Part shown: positions 23,500-36,059 of the stretch, piece after piece | Position numbering within the stretch: the stretch's first letter is position 1 | Layout: every line of letters begins with the position of its first letter | Assembly (NCBI RefSeq): GCF_009914755.1 | Contig: NC_060925.1 | Strand: one strand, 5' to 3' | Length of the DNA: 64,000 nt | DNA from: the human T2T-CHM13v2.0 reference genome, Homo sapiens | Notes under the pieces: generated by a model | Seen by the model: only the letters and a program-made list of their open reading frames with translations | Told to the model about the DNA's origin: nothing | Database searches by the model: none | Made by a program: the position numbers and the translations under genes

Positions 23500-24880
23500 T
23501 TCTTCTTTTTTCAATTAGTATCAGAATTACACCTGTCAATATTTTGTCAAAGTGATACATGTATATAGTTCAGCGCTTATGAGGAACACAGACAATTTCA
23601 AAGGTTAAAACTTTTCAAAAATTTACTGCCTGTGAACCTTTTCTCAGAAAGCTACTGGAGGACGTATCCCAGAAAATCAAGGACATAAACCAAAGGAAAA
23701 ATCAGGGCATGGAAAAGGTTACTTAAGAAAGGATCTGACCCACTTAGTGGCCAGGGGGTCAGGCCTCCAAGGGGCTGCGGAGAGGGCTTATGGACACCAA
23801 CCCAAAGGCTCTGGGCAGCTACACCCCTCCCAAGCCCAGCCGTGATCCCCACAGACCCTCAGCCTCACCGTGAGACCTCTCACTTCTCACTGATCCTCTG
23901 ATTTCTGCCCCAGAAGCAGCCATTTTCAGTTGTTTCAGAGTTTTATTTGTATTTATCTGTATCTTATATGACATGTAGTGTTTTGATTTTAAGGATTTTC
24001 TATTGTCTGCTGTTGAAGAGCAGAAATTTAACCTTTTTAACACACACTTGCTGATTCAGTTAGTCCACTACCTTTTATTACATCACTTTTCTGAGCTTTT
24101 GTTCTTATGAATGTGTGAATAACATTCGTTTCCTTTCTTAAGGAACCTTTTCCTTGGCCTGCATTAACAATTGCCTTATATTTTCATTTGCATCAGTTTC
24201 TAGAAAATTTCTCTGAAAATGGGCTTGAGGGTTCTGTTTGCTTAATTTACTTATGTTTCTTGGAGGCATCTTTGTTTTTTCTCCGTGACGTTCTGTTTTT
24301 TTTCCTAGTTCTTATGCTAATCAGGATGCATGCGGAAGTGAAAGGGGTGCTATTAAGAATTCCACTGAGAAACAGGCAGGAATAAGGACTGACTGTCACC
24401 ACATCTGTAGCCCACTGAGGCAGTGGCTGTCTTGGGACTTACTTTTGCCATCACCCTGGGGATTCATCAGCCTTTTCAGGTTTGCATTTTCTGTGTCCTG
24501 GTTTCTCCTTTGGTTTATCCCCTTGATTTGCTGGAACACATACTTCAGTAGCTTTCTGAGAAAGGGCTCATGGGAGGTAAATTTTTCAAACGTTTTAATC
24601 TTTGAAATTGTCTGTATTCCACTGACACTATTGATGGTGTGTTTGAACACTAAATTCCAGATTGGAAATTATTTCCCCCTTGGCATTTTGAAGGAGTTGC
24701 TTCATTGTCATCAAGTTTCTCTGAAGCCATTTTTAGTTCTCGCCCTTTGTATAGGATCTGCTTTGTTTCCTCTCTGGAAGCTGTCAAGTGCATGTCTTTC
24801 CCCCATCTTATAGCACATCATGGCACTATGTCCCAATGTGGATACATTCTCATTCCTTAGGCTGAGTAGTTCTGGGCTGT
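23500..24880 (-). mobile_element. Ancient LINE remnants (HAL1/L1ME-like), rearranged
   Basis: T-rich; cagtagctttctgagaaagggctcatgggaggtaaatttt...ggaaattatttccccttggcattttgaaggagttgcttcattgtc. Confidence 0.65.
23741..23874 (+). repeat. 134-bp direct copy of 21937-22070
   Basis: 131/134 identical by eye. Confidence 0.95.
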
Positions 24881-24984
24881 TTCTCAGTTTTCCTTGCTCT
24901 CCCCTCCTGGTCAGCTGCAGGACTCCCGAATCCATCTTCCAATTGTATCCCATTTCCCTTCTCTCATAGGGGGCTGAGCAGTGT

Positions 24985-25145
24985 GTCTGGGGAGAGTGTG
25001 GGCTCCTGGGTCAGATCCCAGTGCTGCCACGCACTCCTTGCAGGACCTTTAGCGAGTTCTTTCAAATCCTTTTGCCTCCGTTTTCTCATCTATAAAATGG
25101 GCTTAGTAGACAGGGCTTTCCTTATGGAGTCCTTGGAGACTAAGT
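24985..25145 (+). mobile_element. MIR fragment
   Basis: cctgggtcagatcccagtgctgccac...tgcctccgttttctcatctataaaatggg. Confidence 0.7.
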
Positions 25146-26565
25146 GGAGCTGCTGCTGCTGCTGCTGATTTTAAATGGGTTTCCTTTAAAGCAGTCTCCT
25201 CACAGCCATGTGGGTTTTAAGAAGGCTCCAAAGGAGAGAAGCTCTGAAGGGGGCCGGGTGGGTTCTGTCCTCATGTGTCACTGCCAGCTGCTGGGCCAGT
25301 ACGGAAAGTCCGCCTGGAGGCTCCCGTTCCTGCAGTGGCTGCCCAGGCCAGTCCCCACTCCCGGGTCACCCAGGCACTGCCCTGCATCCCAGCTCCCCTT
25401 TGAGGAGCCACACTTGCCAGACTCCTTATGGGCATGCTGCTGTCTGGGCTGTCACAGCCATGTGTCATGGCGGGTGGAGAACAGGGCCAGGGGCTGAGTT
25501 TTGGTCCTAGGGCTGGTGAGTGACTATCATTTTCCTGCTGGCCTCAGTTTCCCCTACTCATAACAGGAGAAGCCTGGACTTGCTGATCCTGGAGGCCTCT
25601 CACCTCTGACCCTGGATTAGGTGCCCCTGGGGCCATGTTCCCAGCCAAGGGCCCCTCCATGTAGACACTCTTCTCCCTCGAGGCACATTCCTTCATTATG
25701 AGCTTCTAGCTGCATGCTGACCGCAAATTCTCACTGGAGGCAAATCTAATCTATTTCTGCTCCCTCTCCTGCCACCCTAGATGCTGGCTACTGTGGCCCC
25801 TCATGTGCTTGGCCCCTCCCTCCCCCTTGGCCAGGTGCCAGCCTTGAAAGTCTTATTATATAGTCCCTGAAGCAACCCGCAGATGTGGGCGTGCCTGCTG
25901 GCTGTTGCCAGTTACAATGCCAAGGGCTCTGGCCCTTGTGGTTCAGCCTGGCCTCCCTGCCTGGCTCTGAGGGGCCACTGGGACTGGAGTTTGGAATTGG
26001 ACCGGCCACAGTGCCGAGTTGACCATGGAGCAGTGGGTGAGGACTTAGGGGGCTCCTCCATGGAGCCACTGGCTTCCAGGGGCCAGCAGGAAGGTGTGAC
26101 CTAGGCCCTGACAGGAAGAGGCTGGTCGGCCAGCCACTGGGTGTCTTTCACCAGCAGGCGCTTGCTGGCTTGGACGCTGCCTCTGATGGCTTCAATCTGT
26201 CCTGAACGTTCACCTCCACCTCCCTTAGGACACCAGCGATGGGAACCACCGGTTTGGATTTGGTGGCACAATTCCAACCTCGGGAAAAAATGTAATCAAT
26301 GCGGGAGGGCTTAAGGATAAAATGCACATCCGTGTGCACGCACACGCGCGTGAGGCCATGCACACTACCCACACGAAGCTACGAGAAGGACCCAGCGGCT
26401 TGCCAGGGCTCGTGGTGTTTGCCGCATCCTCTCCAGCCCATCTAACCCTTACGATGCAATGTGGCATCTCTTGGCTGGTGCTGGGCTGGGCTTCTGGGCA
26501 AAGACCACCCGCTACACAGGCACCTTGGGCCTCCCCACACCCGTTTCGCGTTCCTGCAACCTTAC

Positions 26566-26838
26566 TTTTTTTTTCCTGGGACAGGGTCTCGCTCCGTTGC
26601 CCAGACTGGCAGTGGCACAATATGGCTCACAGCAGCCTCAATCTCCTGGGCTCAAGTGATCCTCCCACTTCAGCCTCCTGAGTAGCTGGGACTACAGGCA
26701 CATGGCACCATGCTCAGCTAATCTTACTGACTTTTGGTAGAGATGAGGTCTCACTATGTTGCCCAGGATTCCTGAGCTCAAGCAGTCCTCTCACCTCAAC
26801 CTCCCAAAGATTACAAGTGTGAGCCACCACGCCCAGGC
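26566..26838 (-). mobile_element. AluJ
   Basis: acagggtctcgctccgttgcccagactggcagtggcacaatatggctcacagcagcctcaatctcctgggctcaagtgatcctccc...gagccaccacgcccagg. Confidence 0.92.
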
Positions 26839-27586
26839 AAACCTTATTATTATTATTTTTTTTTTGTAAAGTGACCCATTAAATAAATAAATGCTCATTA
26901 TTAAAAAAATCAATATGGCTTTTCATGAACAAATCCACACATCAGGAAATTGGTTCTTTGTCAGGCAACTGTCCCTTTGGGTTGACAATTGCCCCTGTGC
27001 AGAGGTGAGCTGTATGGGATCAGCCTCCAGAGCAGGGGCACCCGAAACCCACTGCCACACCTGTCCAGTCTCATGTTCAGGACTGTCCTTCAGGAGAGAT
27101 CATCCCTCCTCTGTACTGATTTAAAGGGATCCCTGGCTGTGGGGGCCCGTGCTGGGGACTGCTGTGGGGCCACAGGACTCCCCTCTGATGCCTGAGAATC
27201 CCCCTCCTTGCTCACTTGTATGACGGCTTCAGGGGGAACCTCACCCACAACCAGGAGAAGAGGCGTCCTCCACAGGGTCCTTCTAGGGGGTCCCCTCATA
27301 GGTCATGCCCTCCACTGGCCCCCAGAAAAGAACAGACCCCAGGCTGCTGGCGGCTCTGGGACAGGCTTCCCTGTGTCCTGCTCCAGGCTGGCTGCTGCCC
27401 TGGATGGCATCCTGGGACCAGGACCAGGTCAGAGTGCCCAGGACCGAACGGCCTGCCCCCAGCAACCAGAACAACTGGGGGGCTTGGAGAACTGGTGGCT
27501 GAGAGCTGAACATGGGACTGAGCCTCAGGACAGGGTGACCAGCCTGCACCGCTGCTAAGATTCTCTTTAGTCTCTTCCAAAGAAGG

Positions 27587-28810
27587 GTGTGTGTCTGTGT
27601 GCATGTCAGTGTGTGTGAGCGTGTGTGCACATGTCAGTTTTGTGTTGGTGTGTATGTGTATTTTGGCTTTCTGCTCACAGTGCTGGAGGCTGGAAGCCTC
27701 AGGTCAGGGTCGGGCTCAGGTGAGGGCTGCCTCCTGGCTGCCGAGGGCAACTATCTCCCTGTGTCCTCACGTGGTGGAAAGAGAGCTGTGTGTCAGTGTT
27801 TCATGTATGGACAGATGTTCGTGGGTCTCAGTGTTTGAGTGTGTCCATGCGTGGGTGTGTGTGAGTGCATCAGTTTTGTGCATGTTGAGTGTGTGCATGT
27901 GAGTGGGCCAGGTGTGCATGTGTAGGTCTGTCCCTGTGTGAGTGTACATGTCTGTGTGCATGTGTGTTAGTGTGAGTCTGAGTGTGTGTGTCTGTGTGCA
28001 TGTTAGTGTGAGTCTGAGTGTGTGTGTCTGTGTGCATGTGTGTTAGTGTGTGTGCATCCATGTGCATGTTAGTGTGAGTCTGAGTGTGTGTGTCTGTGTG
28101 CATGTGTGTTAGTGTGAGTCTGTGTGTCTGTGCATGTTAGTGTGCATGCATCCATGTGCATGTGTGTTAGTGTGAGTCTGTGTGTGCGTCCATGTGCATG
28201 TGTGTTAGTGTGAGTCTGTGTGTGTGTCCGTGTGCATGTTAGTGTGAGTCTGAGTGTGCATGTCCGTGTGCATGTGTGTTAATGTGAGTCTGTGTGTGTC
28301 CATTTGCATGTGTGTTAGTGTGAGTCTGAGTGTGTGTACATGTGTGTTAGTGTGAGTCTGAGTGTGTGTCTGTGAGCATGTGTGTTACTGTGTGTGTCCC
28401 TGTGCGTGGGTCAGTGTGTGGGTCAGTGTGTTGGGTGTGTGTCAGTGTTGTCAGTAGCTGCACTTGTCAGCTTTGTGCATATGAAGAGGTGTTAGTGTGT
28501 TTCGTGTGTTTGCATGTTGGCATGTGCATGTGTATCTGTATGTGTCAGTGTGTACAAGCACGTCTGTGCAAAAATACGCATGTTGGCGCGTCTGTGTATA
28601 CGCATGTTGGCATGTGCACACATGAATGTGTGTGCACATCAGTGTGTGTGCACATGTGTCCATGTGTATGTTGTGTGACTATGCATGTATTGCACATCAG
28701 TGTGTGTTACTGAGTGTGCATGTCTGTGTGTGTGTGTTGGGGGCATGCATTTCTGTATATGTTAGTGTGTGCGTATGGTTCTGTGTGTTAGTGTGGGCAC
28801 ACACAACAGT
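27587..28810. repeat. (TG)-rich complex tract containing a gtgtgttagtgtgagtctg(a)gtgtg...gcat sub-array
   Basis: Sub-array clearest at 27960-28380. Confidence 0.9.
27665..27790 (-). mobile_element. MLT1/MST LTR fragment embedded in the TG tract
   Basis: ctcacagtgctggaggctggaag...ggtgagggctgcctcctggctg...ctgtgtcctcacgtggtggaaagagag. Confidence 0.65.
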
Positions 28811-30689
28811 GTGCAGTGGCACCTGGCTTTTCCTGGAGGATCCCTCCTGGCACAGATGTGACTTGGGGCTTCGCTGAGGATTCCCTGCCGTGGCTCCTGT
28901 CAGAAGAAACTGGAGTAGGAACCATCACCAGGAGATGCCTGAAATCTGATAACCTGGCCTGGCCAAAAGCTTCATGGCCACAGACAGGCTTTCCAGTATT
29001 TTTAAGATTTAGCAAGTATTTTGTTATAAAAATGTGGTCACGCTTTTCCATAAATGAATAAAAGGGTTGAGTCTTCCATGGCCTTCTAGCCACGGGCTCT
29101 TGGCTCCCATGGGCAGTGGGTCAGTGCTGGCTTGGGCTGTGGGGAGGCCTGGAGGGCCCGTGTGGTCAACTCCTCACAGATCCTGGTGGAGCAGGATGGC
29201 TGCCTGTGTGCAGGGCCCCCACTCCCATCCGGTGTGGACTCAAAGCTTCCTGGTGAACCCCAACCACTCACTCCCAGAGGCCCCACTGAAAGGCTGTGGT
29301 CTGCACCAGAGGGAGCCTCGCAAGCACGGGGAGGGGGACACCCAGCGTACCAGGCGTTCCCACCTCACCCAGGACGAGGAGCCGCCCGGATGGCACATGG
29401 AGCGGGGAAATACTAGCCCTGCCCACTGAGGCATACACACTAGGGTTCCTCAGTATCCCAGTGAGGGGTGCCTCGGTCCCCACCCTCACTGTGCCCCCAG
29501 CCCCAGTCCCCGTAGCCCTGGCCCTGCCCTGCAACTCTTCCAAACCAGCAGACACACGCACCCTCCAGCCTGGCTCCAGGCTGGGGTGAAATCCCTTCTC
29601 CCGGGCCCCCATGGATGAGGCTGGACGGCCCCAGACAAGCCACTACATGGTAACGGTGAGGGGAACAGCTGGAGGGATGGGACGCGCGGAGACTCACATT
29701 CTACGGCTGGCCACCAGGGGCTCCTTTTCCCAGCAAGACCCATTTTGTAGGTCAGGGAGGATGGACTGAGCCCAGATCCGGCTGCTGCACCTCCACGCGG
29801 TGGGCGGTGAGCCACGGCTCCCGTCCTCGCCAGGTCACCCCCAGGGTCTGGCCGCCCTGTCTCAGGAACCCGCCGGGCCAAGGGAGAGTGCCAGAGCCCC
29901 TCAGTCATCCCATCCTAAGCCTCTGACCACAGAGCAACCCACTTGGCTCTGTCAGAGTTTTTTTTAAATTGAGTTCATTAAGAATTTGCTTACACGTACA
30001 ACAAAAAGGCCCCCAGACAAACAAGCGAAATGAAATAAAATTAAACAAGAGAAAATCATGGCCACCGCCGCAAAACAGACTTGGTGAGCCCGCTAAGCCT
30101 CCAGTGCTCTATGCTCACATGTTTTTGTAATATTTTCAAAACTAAGCTGTTTTGTAGTCTTTCTCTTAAAGGGGGTTCCCAAATTGCACGCACTGAAGGC
30201 CCACAAAACCTGGGCCCACCCTGGTGAGGGGAGTTCTCGCCTCTCCCAGGCCCCCATGGCACGATCTAAGTGATTTATTTCCTTGGCCAGAACCAGTAAG
30301 AAATCTGAGGAAATGAAAAAAGGTTTGGTTCCTGGGCAAGGCTGCAGCCTCAGGACGCCTTGGTCCCCTGGACCTCTCACCCCTGGAAATTAAAGTGGCG
30401 TTCTTAGTGGACAAGACACTGCCCTGTCTTTGCTGTCCACAGGGCCGGGAGCGGGTCATGAGGAGCCCAGGGCCTGGCCGCTGCTCCAGGGACCTGGTTG
30501 AATGGCCCGAGTCACTGTTGACGGCGTTTGAACACCAGGAGGTGTGGGTGCCGGACAGCTGCAGCTTCTGTTTCTGATAGAGCCCTGGGCACCACGATTT
30601 AATGGATTAGTTAAAATGATGTGAAAAAATGGATCTCTGATTTATGACCTGCAAGTTTTTGCTGACTGCGGCATGTTTTTCCCAAGCCC

Positions 30690-30781
30690 TGCGTCTTAAA
30701 GTCCTGGGCACACACACGAGCGGGGCTGGTTTCCTTGCGTCTTAAAGTCCTGGGCACACACACGAGCCGGGCTGGTTTCCT
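30690..30781. repeat. 46-bp tandem duplication
   Basis: gcgtcttaaagtcctgggcacacacacgagcsgggctggtttcct at 30691 and 30737. Confidence 0.92.
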
Positions 30782-32796
30782 GCCGGTGCCCTCAGGGCTC
30801 ATCCGAGGTCCCTTTGCCCAGGGCTCTCCAGACCTTTAAAACAGGAAGTTTAATTTTATAGAATTAAAAAAGAGCAAACGGTACTTAATTATCTGGCTGT
30901 GAAACAGCACTGCCCTGTCTTAATTTTAGTAGCTAATAAAAGGCCGTTCCCGGAGTTAACTACTTCTGGTCCAAACGCCCTGCGATTTTGGCTATTTGGA
31001 TAGAATATTTTATGAACTGTTATATATTGCACTACGGTTTTTAAGCTCTGCTATGACATATTTCTCTCAAGATTTATTAGGATTTTTTATTTAAAACAAT
31101 ATATTAAATAGGGGAGAAAAAGTAATCTTAGGTAAAATTCAAATATTAGCAAAACAAAACATGGACCAAAACCTCTTTTATTTGAAGTTCTCCCTCCTTC
31201 CACCCCCACCCCACCCCCTTCCCTCCCACTGTTGCTGTAAAAAAGGTTTGGGGAGCAACGGCCCCAGCTGCATCATTAATTCAATATGTCTTCCAACCTG
31301 CCTCCAATCAGGGGATCAATTTCAAGGCCAGTTGCCGCTTAAGTGACTTTATGGAAACAGAAGAATGAATGGTGCCCAGCAAGACCAGCCCAGCCTCCTG
31401 TAAAGAGCCCCGGGCGCCCTCCCAGTTTCCAGCAGACCCAGGACAGCCGCACAGGCCCCTGGCCCTGCGACACCCCCTGCCATGCGAGGTGCATTGGGAC
31501 CGCCAGCCCCTGCCCTGGTGGGTCGTGTCTTCAGTGGCCGTTCCTCTGAGTAGGAGCATTCCTTCCTTCCCCGCCTCCATGGCTACTCCTCACTATTGAG
31601 GACCTACTCTTGGGAGTTTCAAGCTTGGGGGAATGAACCTTGGAGGCAGAAGTGGGGGCCCATCCACCCAGGAGGCGGGAGGTGGGACTGCGTGGGAGCT
31701 GAGGCTGCAAGCTCTGGCCCGTGGGACTGCATTTATACAGCACAAGTTCAAAGCCAGAATGGCAAGAATTTCAAGACGGCAAAGACGGAGCATTTTAAAG
31801 CTCAGACTTGGCCCCTTTGGAGTGAGGATCCCCCAGGTCTCATGCGGTAACCGCCTCCGACCTCCCAGTGCCGGTTGTGGTGCTCTTGGGAAGAGGGAAC
31901 CCTGGGGAGGCTTTGAGCAGAGCCCAGCTCTCCAGAAAGCTGGGGCAAGGGACAGGCCTTCGCAGGGCAAAGCAGCTCCAGGACCCCAGTGCCTCCTGCC
32001 TGTGCCCTCTGCTCCTGCAGCCAGGGCCAGCCAGGGAGCAGGACTGGGCAGGAGCCTGTCCTCCTGGAGTGGACAGTGGATGGCAAACAGCTGGAGAAGC
32101 CCACATGTGCAGCTTGTGGTTCTGTGCGATGGTGAAAACAAGCAGGTCACGAGATGGGGTCATCACAGAGCCCCTGGCCTAGAGGGCTCGGGTCTCCTCT
32201 CTCGGGAGAGGGCATTTCTACTGAGACATTAAGCCCAGGGGAGAGGAGCATGAAGAGCTGGAAGGAGGGCAAGAAGGCAGGTGCCGGGGAGGGCAGACGG
32301 CCAGACGTCAGGGGAGCCGGGACTGTGATCTTCCCCTTGGAGACCTCAGGCCCAGCTGCCCTCCAGGGCCAGCCCAAAAGGCCTCCCAGGCAGGCTCTGC
32401 TGGAGACACAGTGGGTGACCTCCTCCTGCCCGGCCCTCACTAGGAAGGCGTCATTGGTTGCAGAAGGGTGCCCTGAAGAGTATCTGCTCACCGCCATCAT
32501 TCAAGGTCGCCGGGCGATGGGGCCGTGAATGGGGCCATTGGAAAGAAAATCGCTGTGGTCGATTACAGTGAGCAATGCTTCTGAGAAGCCTCCTTCCAGC
32601 TGTGTGCCTACCTGTTAGCCTTGTGTAGTTAGCTAATTCATGGGCATTCAGGGGTTTGAGCAATTATCAATACCTGGAGCTGTGCGGGCCCGGCATCTAC
32701 CCACAAGGCTTTGTTGGTTCCCCCCACGCCTGCTCAGGTCAGCCTGGTGTGACAGCTGCACGCTACATGTTTGAAAGCAGCAACAAGGCTGTCTTT

Positions 32797-33402
32797 GTAC
32801 GGCAGGGGTGGTGCTGGCAGCTCTGTGGCGGTGCCGGGCTGCAGAGTACGGCAGGGGTGGTGCTGGCAGCTCTGTGGCGGTGCCGGGCTGCTGGGTACGG
32901 CAGGGGTGGTGCTGGCAGCTCTGTGGCGGTGCCGGGCTGCAGGGTACGGCAGGGGTGGTGCTGGCAGCTCTGTGGCGGTGCCGGGCTGCTGGGTAAAGGC
33001 AGGGGTGGTGCTGGCAGCTCTGTGGCGGTGCCGGGCTGCTGGGTACGGCAGGGGTGGTGCTGGCAGCTCTGTGGCGGTGCCGGGCTGCAGGGTACGGCAG
33101 GGGTGGTGCTGGCAGCTCTGTGGCGGTGCCGGGCTGCTGGGTACGGCAGGGGTGGTGCTGGCAGCTCTGTGGCGGTGCCGGGCTGCTGGGTACGGCAGGG
33201 GTGGTGCTGGCAGCTCTGTGGCGGTGCCGGGCTGCTGGGTACGGCAGGGGTGGTGCTGGCAGCTCTGTGGCGGTGCTGGGCTGCTGGGTACGGCAGGGGT
33301 GGTGCTGGCAGCTCTGTGGCGGTGCTGGGCTGCTGGGTACGGCAGGGGTGGTGCTGGCAGCTCTGTGGCGGTGCTGGGCTGCTGGGCTGCTGGGCTGCAG
33401 AG
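32797..33402. repeat. 49-bp GC-rich minisatellite, 12 copies
   Basis: Unit GTACGGCAGGGGTGGTGCTGGCAGCTCTGTGGCGGTGCCGGGCTGCTGG; starts at 32797, 32846 ... 33337; copy 5 has a 1-bp insertion. Confidence 0.97.
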
Positions 33403-33811
33403 CTGGGCTGGCGCCACTTGGGGCGGGTGCGGCCGGCATAGGAGAGGGCCGGGTGTGTGCTGAGGGGACCATTCCAGAATCCCCGTAGGCCCCGGGGCTG
33501 GCCTCAGAAGCTGTCACCACGGCTCTGCTTGGCTGCCCATGCATGCTGGCAGCCAAGGGGAAGGAGAGTCGCGCAGTTCCCGTTCCTGCCAGGCACCCCT
33601 CGACAGCACCCCCAAGGCCTATGAGCCTGGCAGCCCTTCCTCCTTTTTCCATGCCCTTCATTTCTTTTCTGGAGCCGACCCTCGCACCTGCAGTGTCAGG
33701 ACATTGCTTCTCTGGCCCAGAGCCCTGTGGTAATCGAGAAGGCTGGGCTCCCAGTTTCCCCAAATGCAGGTGGGGAGGTGGGGCCGGAGCAGGGCCAGGG
33801 CAGAGGGTTTC

Positions 33812-34095
33812 TCTGGTGGGTTGAACAGCGTGCCTCAAAACGCATGTCCACCCAGAACCTCAGAGTGTAACCTTATTTGGAAATTGGGTCTTTGCAAATG
33901 TAACTGGTTAAGATGAGGTGTCATAGTGGATTAGGGTGGGCCCCAAATCCAATGACTGATGTCCTTCTGATGAGAGGACAGAGAAACTCACAGGAGGAAT
34001 ATGCACAGGTGACAAGGATGGCAGAGGTGGGGGTGACGTGGCTGCAAGCCAAGCAGTGCCAGGGACTGTCGGGGCCCCAGGAGCTGAAAGGGGCG
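33812..34095 (+). mobile_element. MLT1B/C-type LTR, 5' part
   Basis: ggtgggttgaac...catgtccacccagaacctcagagtgtaaccttatttggaaattgggtctttgcaaatgtaactggttaagatgagg. Confidence 0.85.
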
Positions 34096-36059
34096 ATGAG
34101 GGGCCGCAGCTCCAAACTCAGATTCTTTCTGTATGTTTCGCATCTTGCATTCTCATGACTTTTGAGCTCTATGTAAACATGTACCTGTATTTTATTGCAA
34201 AAGAGAAGTAGACAATCTGCCTGAGTCTTAAAGCAGAACCAACTCTGTGTCTATCCTGTGATTCTCTTGTGCCTGGCCAGGGTTGGCCTGGGTCATAGGA
34301 CAGTGTGACCAGCACAGACCCTGCTGCCACCTCAGGACAGAGTGGCTGCCTTCCCTGGCTTCGGCCCCGGCTCCCCAGCTTGCCTTCAAGATGCTGGGCA
34401 CCCTGGCCAGCTCCATGAAGACGCTCATGGCAGAGGCTGGTGCATCGTCCAGCCCAGGAATTGCTGGTATTTTTTAGAAAGGAGGCAATAAGGAGCCTGC
34501 AAAACTGGCCACTTGGCCTCAAACCCCGTGTGGGTGGCCCTGCCTGCCCCTGCCTATTCTCTCGAGAGTGCTGTGGCAGGTGCTAGAGACACACAGGGTG
34601 CTGGGGAGGGGCCGGGCTACAGGCAGTTTCCACTGTGCCGCAGGACACAAGGGCTTCAGGGTTTTGAAAACTTGGAGCCTGGACTAGTTGTCAGGCAGAG
34701 AGTATGAGTTTGTTCTCAGGAAGGAACAGAAGATGCAGAGAGGAGGAAGAGTAAGCAGGGTCGGTTGGGGGGGCATTTGCAGGGGGTGGCAGCAGCCATG
34801 GAGGGGCCCGTCTGAGCTCCCCCTGTGTTCCGAGCTTGTTGTGTGGCCCTCAACATCCAAGAAGAACCTGGGGAGAGCATGCCCAGCAGCAGGCACCAGG
34901 CACTCCCACCATCCTCTTATCCAAGGGGGCTCCCGGCCACCCACTCCAGAGCCCTGGCTCTCATTATCTCTAAAGTGCATGGCCGTGCACTCCCACGGAG
35001 CCCAAGGGATTCCCCCAAATCTCAGTAAATGCCCTGCTTTGTTTGGGGCAATGCCTGAGGTTGGTTTTGATTTCATTCAAACCAGTGCCCCAATCTTCAC
35101 TTTGAGGTAAACGGAGCCTTCCAAGATCTATTTTGGGTAACATCTGAGCTGAAAATGCTTCTGGGATGATAAAAGCCTCTTGGCGAGGCATTTAATGCCC
35201 TCTTCAAAGGCGGACTTGGAGTGGAAACAAGATCTGTGGCCCTGGACGGGACAGGCGGAAGGGGCAGGCATTGGTGTGTTCACAGGCCCTTAGCGAGAAG
35301 TGAGAAAGATGGGTCCCAGCAACGGCGCAGCTGGAATTCCAAAGCTGGGAGAAGTGGAGGGTCCAGAAGTGCCATCCGAGATTAGAAATGTTCCAAAGAA
35401 GCTGTGGGCAGCCGTGGGAAAAATGCTTGGCCGGCTCTCCCTTGTTCTTCCAAGCTGCCTGCTGCCGGCCTCCGCCAAGATCAAACCTGCCTGGACGGGA
35501 GTGGAGCACAGGCTGGGCGGAGTCCACCTTCAGGAGAGGCAAGGGGCTCAGAAATAAAAATAGCCCCATTCAGACACTCACTCCCTATGTGGAGGAAGAG
35601 CTCCTGGGCCCCACATTAAAGCTCACAGGACCCTTCCACTCCCTTCCACCCTCCCCAAGCATCTGGAATGTGCTCCATGGTCAAGAATGTCCAAAGGAAT
35701 TGAGAGGGTGGCCGAGTCACACCCCCTATGGAGATCATCACTGGCCCCAGGGAAGCTAGGCTGGGGCTCTAGTGTCCAAGGTAACAGCCTGTGCTGCTGA
35801 GGGTGCTGGGATGGCATGGAGGGTGGTTGCTGCAGGAAATGAGCCAGGCTGGTCTGTAGCCCCAACAACGCCCAGGGTCGGTGCCACGCCTGGATAGAGA
35901 CTGGGGCTCAGAGGAGAGGTGTTTTCCAGCCCAGAACCCCAGGAGGCAAGGCCTTGTCCACGAAGCCGTGATATTGTGAATGGGAAGAAAGGAGATGGGT
36001 TGGCAAAGCCGAGAGCACAGATGTTGGGAGTCGGCCCCACCCAAGTGCTTGGAGTGCAG

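Noticed and set aside
32648-33838. 396-aa and other repeat ORFs; CRISPR-like appearance of the arrays
   Set aside because: This is a 49-bp head-to-tail VNTR with no unique spacers and no cas genes, in Alu-containing primate DNA.
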